Counted from the first letter of the stretch, positions 17,222 to 25,515 are shown. The stretch is DNA of 52,977 nucleotides from an uncultured archaeon (GCA_964524375.1 CAZGES010000003.1:1-52977), one strand, 5' to 3'. A program made the numbers and translations. Notes: generated by a model not told the origin, from the letters alone.

Positions 17222-18199
17222 ATGCCTATTGAACGCCGTCACACGCCCCGCGCTCGTTTCTATATTCAGTTGCGTCGGAAGAATGTTCCCAAAGACAAAG
17301 CGAAAGGGCAATCCCTCTTCATGTCGGAAATCTATCCGGATTTGAACAGGTTGAAAAAAAAAGACTATCCTAGTTCGAACGCATTTATGGGTGCCAAAAC
17401 CATTGCGAGTGCGCGTAACATTCAAGATTTAGCGGCGGTCCAGCATCAAAAAGTATCCATTCACGAAGCCCGTGACCTTCTATTGTTCAATAGAAATTTC
17501 GCGACGTTACTGCATAATCACCCAGCGCTCTGGCATAAAATTCCGGGGAACGAATTGATATTCCCCATGATTGCACTTTATTGCATGGTGCGTCAGAAAA
17601 GATCTCATCCGCACACCGTGAAAGAAGCGCGCGCGTTCGTTGAAAACATGGCTCAACTCATTTTTGGGCGATTGACTCCTCGACAACGCCGATCACTATT
17701 GTCAGAACCCATTGAACTATCGGCTGGTCTCGAAGAAGGAATCATTGTTGACCTGCCCGAATTCTATGAGCGAGTAGTGCGGGAGAGTGCACGCAATAAA
17801 CCCCGCGAGGGATTGGAAAGTCTTCCAAATCAAAAACGCGGAATCGAATTGGCATTTAATCTCATGATAAATGCTGATCAGGCGTGGATAAAGACCGTTT
17901 CCTCTTTCATCAAACGCTTGAATGCGCCACCACACGAAGAAGAATTGGAACAGCTGCGTAAACGAATTCGAAATTTTGATGACCGTAAATCCGAACAAAA
18001 GGAATTGGTGCGGGGTTATCGCATGCGCGTGTTAGGAAACGCGCTCGCCGATGCGTTGGATTTTGTGATAAAAAACTCCGGCATGGACACGGACGTGAAA
18101 GCATGGATAGGGTCCTCGCTCAAAAATCCTGAAAATAAAAAATTCCTTGCCGATAAAGCCATTGAATGGATGGGTGTGGGACCTTCCAAATTGAGCTGA
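17222..18199 (+). CDS. hypothetical helical protein (325 aa) inserted between rpl15e and the RNase P genes
   Basis: Long ORF with an ATG start and no recognised motif. It occupies a position that is normally contiguous in the archaeal superoperon. Confidence 0.55.
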   Translation: MPIERRHTPRARFYIQLRRKNVPKDKAKGQSLFMSEIYPDLNRLKKKDYPSSNAFMGAKTIASARNIQDLAAVQHQKVSIHEARDLLLFNRNFATLLHNHPALWHKIPGNELIFPMIALYCMVRQKRSHPHTVKEARAFVENMAQLIFGRLTPRQRRSLLSEPIELSAGLEEGIIVDLPEFYERVVRESARNKPREGLESLPNQKRGIELAFNLMINADQAWIKTVSSFIKRLNAPPHEEELEQLRKRIRNFDDRKSEQKELVRGYRMRVLGNALADALDFVIKNSGMDTDVKAWIGSSLKNPENKKFLADKAIEWMGVGPSKLS

Positions 18200-18240
18200 T
18201 ATCCAAATCCAATTAAACTCCTCGTTCAACGTATACATTT

Positions 18241-18795
18241 ATGCGCCTCCAATCAGTTGTTGATGTTGTGTATCCTTCCGGCGCCGCGGGAGAAGCCAAT
18301 CCATTAGGAATTTTGTATACGAGCGCTGCGGAGGCGCAGAAAGATAATTTTGTTCAGCACCAAAAAATGGTTTTTTTGACGCAAACAAACCGAGAAGAAA
18401 TCCAACGCTGCGCTTCGCAAAAAATCCCCGTCATTTTGCAATTGCATAATTTGCAATCTTCGTTTGACGTGTTCAAAATGGGTGCTGTAAAAATTATTTT
18501 TGTCGCGCCGCGCGGAAACGCTCCCATCATTGATTTCGGTTGGATGGGAAAAGCCTTTGAAGAAAGAAAAAGTGTCGTGTTTTCGTTGAAAGAATTGCAG
18601 CGCGCGTTCATGTCGAAAGATTCTTCTTCGTTGCAGGAGTATCGCAAGCTCGCTCAGCTTTTGCAAAAATCCAAAATTCCTTTGGGGGTGGCGAGTTTTG
18701 CCTCGCACGAGAATGAGCGTTTGTCAAACGAGGACAATGCCGCGTGGGCGGGGTATTTGGGCGTTCCCGCGTTGAGCGTGCAATGGTTTCTTTAA
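18241..18795 (+). CDS. rnp3: RNase P protein component 3 (Rpp30), short form
   Basis: It sits directly upstream of Pop5. The C-terminal KIPLGVASFASHENERLSNEDNAAWAGYLGV aligns with the Rpp30 pattern ..TSSA....vR.P.D......v.G. Confidence 0.65.
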   Translation: MRLQSVVDVVYPSGAAGEANPLGILYTSAAEAQKDNFVQHQKMVFLTQTNREEIQRCASQKIPVILQLHNLQSSFDVFKMGAVKIIFVAPRGNAPIIDFGWMGKAFEERKSVVFSLKELQRAFMSKDSSSLQEYRKLAQLLQKSKIPLGVASFASHENERLSNEDNAAWAGYLGVPALSVQWFL

Positions 18796-18817
18796 CGAGA
18801 AGACGCGTTGAGAGTGT

Positions 18818-19186
18818 ATGAAGATGCAAAAGAAATCCGTGTCCACGATTCCATTGAGCATGCGCGGAAAAAAAAGGTATATTGTATTCACCCTCTCCGT
18901 GGAAGGACTTTCCTTCGTTCCCAAAGAGGAGTTTTCCAAAGTCCTCAAGCAGCACATGCTGCACTGCTTCGGCGTGCTCGGTTTGCCGCTGCATCGCGTC
19001 AAATTAATCGTCTTCGACTCCAAACAGGGAAAGGGTATCGTGCGCTGCGCCCACACGTCCAAAGATTCCATCATTTCCGCCCTCACCCTGCTCTCGGATT
19101 TCAACGGGAAAAAAGCCGTGGTGCGAACCAAACTCACGAGCGGCACGCTCAAAACGCTTCGGCCGGGTTTTTACGAAGGGAAGTAG
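18818..19186 (+). CDS. rnp2: RNase P protein component 2 (Pop5/Rpp14)
   Basis: KKRYIVF...GIVRCAHTSKDSIISALTLLSDFNGKKAVVRTKLTSGTLKTL closely follows the Pyrococcus Pop5 sequence as I recall it. Confidence 0.85.
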   Translation: MKMQKKSVSTIPLSMRGKKRYIVFTLSVEGLSFVPKEEFSKVLKQHMLHCFGVLGLPLHRVKLIVFDSKQGKGIVRCAHTSKDSIISALTLLSDFNGKKAVVRTKLTSGTLKTLRPGFYEGK

Positions 19187-19305
19187 CGTTTTCGTTCCGT
19201 CATCAAAAAGCCATCTTTAAAAAGGAATAGCGACTTCATAGGTTATTGTTCCAATTAAGAATCTGAAAAAAATGGGTTGAGTTCCCGTAGCGAGTGTGAG
19301 TTATC

Positions 19306-20061
19306 ATGTATCCTGGTTCCGCAAAAAGTGCTGCATACGACCGTTCCGCCACCATGTTTAGTCCGGATGGGCGATTATACCAAGTTGAGTATGCGTCAAA
19401 AATCGTTCAACAAGGAACAACTGGCGCCGCGTGCGTGTACAAGAATGGTGTCGTTTTCGGCGCGGACAAAAATGTTACCAGCAAACTCATGCTTCCGGAT
19501 TCCATTGAAAAATTATTCAAAATCGACGACCACATTGGTGCCGTTTCCGCCGGATTAGTGGGGGACGCTCGAAGACTTATTCAAGACGCGCGTGCGCGTG
19601 CGCAAGAAAACGTCATGCATTACGATGAGCCCATTCACATTGAAACACTTTCAAAAGACATTTCGGGAAACATGCAAGCCGTGACACAATACGGTGGAAC
19701 CCGCCCGTTTGGAGTTTCATTCATTATTGGCGGCGTCGATGAAACCGGCGCGCGATTATTCGAAACCGAACCCTCGGGTGCGTTAGCCGAGTACATGGCG
19801 GTTGCTATTGGCGCCGGCCGAAAAGAAGCCATGGAGTTTTTTGAGAAAAACTTCCAATCAAACTTAACCCGCGAGCAAGCCGTGAAATTGGTATTCGGAG
19901 CTCTCGAACAAGGCTTGCCTAAGAATCAAAAGTTAAGCTTGGACCGCGTCGACTTTGGCTTTGTGGACAAAGACAAAGCGTTCGTGCGCATGGACAAGAA
20001 TGAGTTGAAAGCCGTAGTGGGAACCGCCAAAGCGGATAAGACTGCTGCCGAAAGCAAATGA
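19306..20061 (+). CDS. psmA: proteasome alpha subunit
   Basis: YDRSATMFSPDGRLYQVEYA is the signature N-terminus. The protein is 251 aa. Confidence 0.95.
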   Translation: MYPGSAKSAAYDRSATMFSPDGRLYQVEYASKIVQQGTTGAACVYKNGVVFGADKNVTSKLMLPDSIEKLFKIDDHIGAVSAGLVGDARRLIQDARARAQENVMHYDEPIHIETLSKDISGNMQAVTQYGGTRPFGVSFIIGGVDETGARLFETEPSGALAEYMAVAIGAGRKEAMEFFEKNFQSNLTREQAVKLVFGALEQGLPKNQKLSLDRVDFGFVDKDKAFVRMDKNELKAVVGTAKADKTAAESK

Positions 20062-20218
20062 ACTTTTAGAAAAAGTTCAATCAAAAGAAAGTCAAAAAAT
20101 AAAGTAAGAGCCAAAACAAAACCATAATCAAAAAATCGGGCAACGCCCTCTAAACGGAAAAAAACAAACCAATCGCCACGCAAACAAGAGCGGGCTTGAA
20201 AACGAAGTGAACAAATCT

Positions 20219-20926
20219 ATGGTAAAATTGGAAGATGCCATTGTGGCAAAATACGTGCACGCGGGCGTGCACTTTGAAATACTCGTCGACCCGGACTTAG
20301 CTCTCAAGCTCAAAAAAGGACAGCCCGTGAACATGGACGACCTTCTCGCAACCGATGATATTTACGAAGACGCCAAAAAAAGCGAGCGCCAAACCGAGGA
20401 AAAAATCCTCAAAGCATTTGGCACAACGGATGTTAGGCAAATCGCCCTCAAAATAGTCAAGGACGGGGAAGTCCAACTCACCACCGAACAGCGCCGCGCC
20501 CTCAAAGAGGAAAAGCGCAAAGCCATCGTGGAATTTATCTCCAAAAACGCCATGAATCCCCAAACGGGAGCCCCGCACCCCCCGTTGCGTATTGAAAACG
20601 CCCTCGCGGAGCTCAAAATCCAGGTTGATGAATTTAAGGACATTCCTACGCAAGTAAATGATATCCTTCCCAAGCTGCGCGCCCTCTTGCCTATTTCCAT
20701 GGAAAAGGTCCAAGTCGCGGTGCGCGTGCCCGTGATGTACACCGCGCAAGCGCTGAATGTGTTACACAAGTACGGAATGAAAAGTCAAGAATGGCAGAAT
20801 GATGGAAGCCTCATCGCAGTCGTAGAAATTCCCGGCGGAATGAAACAAGAGTTGTTTGAAAAACTCAATCACGCCACGCACGGGGAAGTCGTGACAAAAC
20901 TGTTGGAGAACAAAGCGAGTGCATAA
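20219..20926 (+). CDS. SBDS-family ribosome maturation protein (Sdo1)
   Basis: VAKYVHAGVHFEILVDPDLALKLKKG is an FYSH-domain start, and the gene sits in the canonical position between psmA and rrp4. Start set to the ATG at 20219, because the track start is GTG. Confidence 0.88.
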   Translation: MVKLEDAIVAKYVHAGVHFEILVDPDLALKLKKGQPVNMDDLLATDDIYEDAKKSERQTEEKILKAFGTTDVRQIALKIVKDGEVQLTTEQRRALKEEKRKAIVEFISKNAMNPQTGAPHPPLRIENALAELKIQVDEFKDIPTQVNDILPKLRALLPISMEKVQVAVRVPVMYTAQALNVLHKYGMKSQEWQNDGSLIAVVEIPGGMKQELFEKLNHATHGEVVTKLLENKASA

Positions 20927-20994
20927 GCATTGCACGATGCACCAAAATAATAAAATGCAAGCAAGAAATTGAAAATAAAAAAAAGGAAAAAATA

Positions 20995-22305
20995 ATGAAA
21001 AACGAAAAAACCAAAACCAAAGAAACAAACGAGAAAAAAATGACACTAATCGAAAGAGGGAGTGAAAAACCTATGAGTAAAGAAATCGTTGTTCCGGGAG
21101 AATTGCTCACGGACGAAAGCAAGCAGATTGGCGTGCACACCTTTGCGCGCGATGGAAAAATATTTTCCGACTGTCTCGGAATAAAGAATGAGAGCGACGA
21201 CCGCGTGTCTGTGGTACCGTTGCGCGGCCGGTATTTGCCCATCGAGAATGATGTGGTGATTGGCGTCGTGAAAAACGAAAAGTTCGCCGGGTATGATATT
21301 GAAATTAATTCATTCTACACGAGCTTCGTTTCCAACAAGGACATGCGCGAACCCCTGAAAGTGGGTTCCGTTATCTCCGCGAAGATTGTGAAAGTCAATG
21401 AAATGAACGAAGCCGATTTAGGGATGGTTCGTCCGTTGAGCGATGGGGAAGTTGTTTCCGTGACTCCGGTAAAAGTTCCGCGAATCATTGGAAAGAACGC
21501 TTCCATGCTGAACGCCGTGAAAAACGGAACAGGTTCAAACATCATGGTGGGGCGAAATGGGTTGGTGTGGATTCACGGCGGAAACGCTGCGGTGGCTGCA
21601 GAAACCATTTTGCGAATTGAAGAATATTCTCACGCGGAGAATTTGACGCACGACATACAGTGCTTCCTCGCAGCGAAAACAGGCACGGGAATGCCCGACA
21701 CGAAGGGGCCGAGCAATGAAGATGCATTTGAATCAGGTTACACAGGCGGCGGAGGCGGCTTCGGTAGAGGACGCGACTTCGGCGGACGCGGTGGCGGAGG
21801 AGGATTCCGTCCACGTGGTAATTTTAGCCGAGGACCCCCTCGCTCTGGAGGATTTGGCGATCGTTCACGAGGTGGATTTGGTGGAGGACGTGAACGCAGC
21901 GGTGGGTTTGGCGGAGGCGACCGAGGATTCGGACGCGGACCTTCGAGAGGGCCTCCTCGCTCCGGTGGATTTGGCGGTGGAAGAGATCGTATGGGCGGAG
22001 GAATGGAACACGGCGAGCGTGGTTTCGCCCCGCGAAACGATCGAGGATTTGGAGACAACCGCTCACGTGATTTTCGCCCGAGACCTTCATTTAATCGAGG
22101 CTTCGGCGGAGAACGAAACGATGAAGCGTACACTCCCAAGCCCCGCTTCGGAAAACAGTACGATGACCCTCAAGTGGGAAATGATTTTGGAAACAAATCC
22201 AACTTTGACAAACCCGGTTTCGACCGACGCAAGCGTTTTCCGCGAGAAGACGCGCCGCGACGCGAAACACGTGTGCGTGGAGATGAAGACCCCATGTTCG
22301 AATAG
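20995..22305 (+). CDS. rrp4: exosome complex RNA-binding protein Rrp4 with a C-terminal tail of about 200 aa containing an RGG/FG low-complexity region
   Basis: Has an S1 domain and a KH domain (GKNASMLNAVKNGTGSNIMVGRNGLVWIHG). From about aa 250 it reads GGGGGFGRGRDFGGRGGGGGFRPRG...RGPPRSGGFG (twice)... Confidence 0.9.
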   Translation: MKNEKTKTKETNEKKMTLIERGSEKPMSKEIVVPGELLTDESKQIGVHTFARDGKIFSDCLGIKNESDDRVSVVPLRGRYLPIENDVVIGVVKNEKFAGYDIEINSFYTSFVSNKDMREPLKVGSVISAKIVKVNEMNEADLGMVRPLSDGEVVSVTPVKVPRIIGKNASMLNAVKNGTGSNIMVGRNGLVWIHGGNAAVAAETILRIEEYSHAENLTHDIQCFLAAKTGTGMPDTKGPSNEDAFESGYTGGGGGFGRGRDFGGRGGGGGFRPRGNFSRGPPRSGGFGDRSRGGFGGGRERSGGFGGGDRGFGRGPSRGPPRSGGFGGGRDRMGGGMEHGERGFAPRNDRGFGDNRSRDFRPRPSFNRGFGGERNDEAYTPKPRFGKQYDDPQVGNDFGNKSNFDKPGFDRRKRFPREDAPRRETRVRGDEDPMFE

Positions 22306-22362
22306 CGAATATGGAGTTTAACAGTTGTAAAAAAAAAAAACGAAAATGGAGATGAAAAAAAC

Positions 22363-23325
22363 ATGGCAAAAGATGTAAAAGAAACCAAGGCAAAAAAAGC
22401 CGGTAAAGACGAGAAACTCTGGTGGGTTGACTCGAAAGGAAAGCGTGTCGATGGTCGCGGAATCAACGACTTGCGCAATATCAAAATTCAAGCGGGCGTT
22501 TTACCCAACGCAGACGGTTCGTGTTATCTTGAATGGGGACAAAATAAAGTATTAGTCTCCGTCAACGGACCGCGCGAAGTGTTGCCCAAGCACCAGGCTA
22601 ATCCCTATCGCGCGATTGTGCGTTACACATACCGAATGGCCGCGTTCTCGGTAACCGAGCGAAAGAATCCTCGCCCCGGTCGACGCGAAACAGAAATTTC
22701 AAAAGTTTCCGGAGAAGCTTTAGAAAAAGCCATTTTCTTGGAACGATTTCCCAACACGGCGATTGATATTTTCGTCGAAGTCTTGGACGCAAACGCAGGA
22801 ACACGAATTGCGTGCTTGACAGCCGCAGCCGTTGCGGTGGCCGATGCAGGAATTCCCATGCGCGACATGGTTTCCGGTATTACAGTAGGACGAGCCGATG
22901 GAAAGTGGATTGTTGATTTGAACAAACACGAAGAAGACGCTCCGGATGCAGTTGACATGGCCGTGGCATTCCTTCCTAACACGAAGGATGTTACCTTGTT
23001 GCAAATGGATGGAGAAATCACTCCCGATGATTTCGCTGCGTTAATGAAAACCGCCGCGGAGAACGTGGAGAAAGTCTATGAGTTGCAGAAGAAAGCACTC
23101 AAAGAATCGTTCGAAAACAAGAAGCCCGTCCAAGTTCCCGGCATGGAAGAATTCATGTCCTCGGAAGGAAAGATGCACTTCGATGATGAGCGCGTGAACG
23201 AGCGTGTTTCCATGAAGACGAAGGACCCCATGTCCTTCGATTCCTCCGATTACACGGAGAATGCTGAATTGGAAGAAGAAAATGCCGACGCCGAACACGA
23301 AGCGTACGACAAAGGAAAAGAATAG
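22363..23325 (+). CDS. rrp41: exosome RNase PH subunit Rrp41 with a 70-aa acidic C-terminal tail
   Basis: DGRGINDLRNIKIQAGVLPNADGSCYLEWGQNKVLVSVNGPRE, with GGAGATGA upstream of the ATG. Confidence 0.93.
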   Translation: MAKDVKETKAKKAGKDEKLWWVDSKGKRVDGRGINDLRNIKIQAGVLPNADGSCYLEWGQNKVLVSVNGPREVLPKHQANPYRAIVRYTYRMAAFSVTERKNPRPGRRETEISKVSGEALEKAIFLERFPNTAIDIFVEVLDANAGTRIACLTAAAVAVADAGIPMRDMVSGITVGRADGKWIVDLNKHEEDAPDAVDMAVAFLPNTKDVTLLQMDGEITPDDFAALMKTAAENVEKVYELQKKALKESFENKKPVQVPGMEEFMSSEGKMHFDDERVNERVSMKTKDPMSFDSSDYTENAELEEENADAEHEAYDKGKE

Positions 23326-23358
23326 TTGAAACATGGAGAAAAATGAGGTGAAAAAACT

Positions 23359-24150
23359 ATGGGACACATGGATATTTTGATGGAATTGCAACGAAACAAA
23401 GTCTTAGAATCGTTGAAGACAGGAAAGCGCGTGAGCAATCGTGCGTTTGACGAATACCGAAGCGTAGACGTGCAAACCAACGTGAGTGAAAACGCAAATG
23501 GTTCTGCGCGGGTTCGCGTAGGAAAAACCGACGTTATCGCCGGAACAAAGTTTTCCGTTGGCACGCCGTATCCGGATTCTCCTGACGAAGGAAGTATTTC
23601 GGTGGGTGCAGAATTAACTCCGTTAGCGTCACCGCTCAACGAAGTGGGTCCGCCCTCCACGCACGAAGTGGAACTCTCTCGCGTAGTGGATCGCGCAATC
23701 CGCGAATCACACGCCGTGGATTTGAACGCGCTATGTTTAGTGGAAGGAGAAAAAGTTTTGTCATTGTTCATTGACGTGTATGCAGTCAACGATGATGGTA
23801 ACTTGTTCGACGCTGCCTCCATGGCTGCGCTCGCCGCGCTGAACACCACGCGCTTGTCGAAAGTGGAAGACAATGTCATTCAGTACGGAGAATACGATGG
23901 CATGTTGAAAATGGCCAACCAGCCCCTTCTTTCGACCATTTACAAAGTCGGCGGACACTTGCTTTCGGACGCTGACTTGGGAGAAGAAAAGGCGATGACC
24001 GCCCGATTTTCTTTCGGCGGAACCGAAAAAGGCGTTCTCACCGCGTTTCAAAAAGGCGGCTCCGGCTCCTTCACCATGGACGAATTAGACAAGTCTGTGG
24101 AAATGGGTCTGAAGAACGCTAAAATGCTGAGAAAGTTGCTGAAAGGATAA
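23359..24150 (+). CDS. rrp42: exosome RNase PH-like subunit Rrp42
   Basis: SNRAFDEYRSVDVQTNVSENANGSARVRVGKTDVIAGTK, with GAGGTGA upstream of the ATG. Confidence 0.9.
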   Translation: MGHMDILMELQRNKVLESLKTGKRVSNRAFDEYRSVDVQTNVSENANGSARVRVGKTDVIAGTKFSVGTPYPDSPDEGSISVGAELTPLASPLNEVGPPSTHEVELSRVVDRAIRESHAVDLNALCLVEGEKVLSLFIDVYAVNDDGNLFDAASMAALAALNTTRLSKVEDNVIQYGEYDGMLKMANQPLLSTIYKVGGHLLSDADLGEEKAMTARFSFGGTEKGVLTAFQKGGSGSFTMDELDKSVEMGLKNAKMLRKLLKG

Positions 24151-24169
24151 ACCAGGGTTATTTCCCATT

Positions 24170-24191
24170 TGGAGGGGGTTTTCCCTCTCCA
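24170..24191 (+). terminator. 9-bp hairpin directly after rrp42 (terminator or processing signal)
   Basis: TGGAGGGGG-TTTT-CCCTCTCCA has 9 pairs, one of them G-U, and starts 20 nt after the stop codon. Confidence 0.35.
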
Positions 24192-24214
24192 TTCACGGGA
24201 GTCCACTGGGCAGG

Positions 24215-24222
24215 TTTAAAAG
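24215..24222 (+). promoter_or_regulatory. putative internal BRE/TATA upstream of rpl37ae
   Basis: CAGGTTTAAAAGAG has the same core as the rpl15e box. It lies 65 nt upstream of the ATG at 24287, which has a GGGG SD. Confidence 0.4.
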
Positions 24223-24286
24223 AGTTTTTCGGCGGTTTTACCTATAACCCGCTGATTTACAGTTTATTGAAAGGGGAAAAAACACT

Positions 24287-24742
24287 ATGGCCAATAAAAC
24301 CAGACGACACACGGCGCGATTCGGTGCCCGATACGGAGTATCCGTCAAAAAGCGTTACGAAGCCGTTGAAGAGAAGCAGCGCCGCCAGCACACCTGCCCC
24401 AAGTGCGGTTTCGAGAAAGTTCAACGCATCTCGACTGGAATTTTCATGTGTTACAAGTGCAACACCAAGTCTGCGGGTGGAGCATTCTATCCTCAAACTC
24501 TTTCCGGCGGAATCATTTCAAAGATGGTGGACGCGCGCACATTCACTCCCGAACTTTCGGCGATGGTGGATTCAAACGTTCAGCCCATTGTTCGCCCCGC
24601 GAAGAAGGTTGAGTTAACGGACGAAGAAAAAATTGATTCGTTGATGGAAGAGAAACCTTCTAAGAAAAGCAAGAAGAATTCACCCAAAGCCGAAATGACA
24701 GACGACGATTCAAAGAAAATGGAAACACCCGAGGAGGCGTAA
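24287..24742 (+). CDS. rpl37ae: 50S ribosomal protein L37Ae with a C-terminal extension of about 70 aa
   Basis: RFGARYG...CPKCG...GIFMCYKCNTKSAGGAF is the zinc-ribbon core (about 80 aa), followed by a K/E/D-rich tail. Confidence 0.9.
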   Translation: MANKTRRHTARFGARYGVSVKKRYEAVEEKQRRQHTCPKCGFEKVQRISTGIFMCYKCNTKSAGGAFYPQTLSGGIISKMVDARTFTPELSAMVDSNVQPIVRPAKKVELTDEEKIDSLMEEKPSKKSKKNSPKAEMTDDDSKKMETPEEA

Positions 24743-24745
24743 ACC

Positions 24746-24880
24746 ATGGCGTACAAATGCAACAAGTGTTTGCAAGTCTTGGACCAATTGCCTGTAGGGT
24801 TAATTCGCTGCCCTAATTGCGGTAATAAAGTTTTTTACAAAGTCCGCGCCCCTGTGGAAAAGCGCGTCATCGCTCGTTAA
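24746..24880 (+). CDS. rpoP: DNA-directed RNA polymerase subunit P (Rpo12)
   Basis: 44-aa ORF missing from the track: MAYKCNKCLQVLDQLPVGLIRCPNCGNKVFYKVRAPVEKRVIAR. It has a CxxC...CxxC zinc ribbon, starts 3 nt after the rpl37ae stop, and is in the canonical position. Confidence 0.8.
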   Translation: MAYKCNKCLQVLDQLPVGLIRCPNCGNKVFYKVRAPVEKRVIAR

Positions 24881-24895
24881 ACAGTTGAAGGATGC

Positions 24896-25138
24896 ATGAC
24901 ACGCATGCTTACTAAAAAAACAATTAAATCATTTTCATCCGCGAAGCAAGCCCGCGCGGTGGCAGACGCTCTTGCGCCCGAAACACGTTCCACGCATGAA
25001 AAACGCGCGCGCACCACCCTTACCGTTAAAAACAGTCGCCTGGAGATTACTAGTATAGGAACCGACTCCACATACGTGAAAGCCTCGCAGGACACGTATG
25101 GAAAGTTAGTCAGTTATTTGCAATCGTTAAAACACTAA
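24896..25138 (+). CDS. KEOPS subunit Pcc1-like protein
   Basis: 80 aa. AKQARAVADALAPE...LTVKNSRLEITSIGTDSTYVKASQDTYGKLVSYL fits the Pcc1 pattern, and it sits in the usual superoperon position after rpoP. Confidence 0.6.
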   Translation: MTRMLTKKTIKSFSSAKQARAVADALAPETRSTHEKRARTTLTVKNSRLEITSIGTDSTYVKASQDTYGKLVSYLQSLKH

Positions 25139-25153
25139 GGAGAATGAAAACAC

Positions 25154-25492
25154 ATGGCACAACAAGACATTCGAGAAATGGTCAACGAATTTGAGAAACA
25201 GCGACAAATGCTCATGTCGGTTTCCATGCAGAAGCAGCAGATGCAGGCCAACATCAATGGTCTTGAACTCTCGCTCAAAGAATTGGAAAATACGAAAGAA
25301 AGTAAAGTCTACAAAGCTGCCGGAGCCATTCTCGTTTCGCGCGATACGAAAGAAGTGAAGAAAGAATTGGAAGAGCAGAAGGAAAGCACCGAATTGCGTT
25401 TGAAGACGATGGAAAAGCAAGAGAAAAATCTTGTGGACAAACTCAACACCCTCAAATCGGAAATTGAAACCGCTGCGAAGCCTAAGCAGTAA
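25154..25492 (+). CDS. pfdB: prefoldin beta subunit
   Basis: 112-aa coiled-coil / beta-hairpin / coiled-coil (KVYKAAGAILVSRDTKEV hairpin), with AGGAGA upstream. Confidence 0.85.
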   Translation: MAQQDIREMVNEFEKQRQMLMSVSMQKQQMQANINGLELSLKELENTKESKVYKAAGAILVSRDTKEVKKELEEQKESTELRLKTMEKQEKNLVDKLNTLKSEIETAAKPKQ

Positions 25493-25515
25493 ATTCAATT
25501 CGTAACTACTTTCTA

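Noticed and set aside
18608-19230. Alternative-frame ORFs around the Pop5 gene (18608..18994 -, 18724..19152 -, 18808..19230 +).
   Set aside because: The 18818..19186 frame gives a clear Pop5 match. The others have no motif and overlap it completely.
20297-20769. Minus-strand ORFs antisense to the SBDS gene (20297..20749, 20362..20769).
   Set aside because: They are fully contained in a confidently identified + strand gene and have no motifs.
21716-22321. Long ORFs in other frames or on the other strand across the rrp4 3' region (21716..22321 +, 21738..22139 -, 21824..22090 -).
   Set aside because: They are shadows of the GC-rich, repetitive RGG-coding sequence. The rrp4 frame is continuous with the S1/KH domains, and the alternative products are Pro/Arg or Val/Glu/Asp low-complexity strings.
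23250-23879. 209-aa minus-strand ORF antisense to rrp41/rrp42.
   Set aside because: It lies entirely within two confidently identified genes on the other strand, and its product is a Ser/Thr/Ala-rich shadow.
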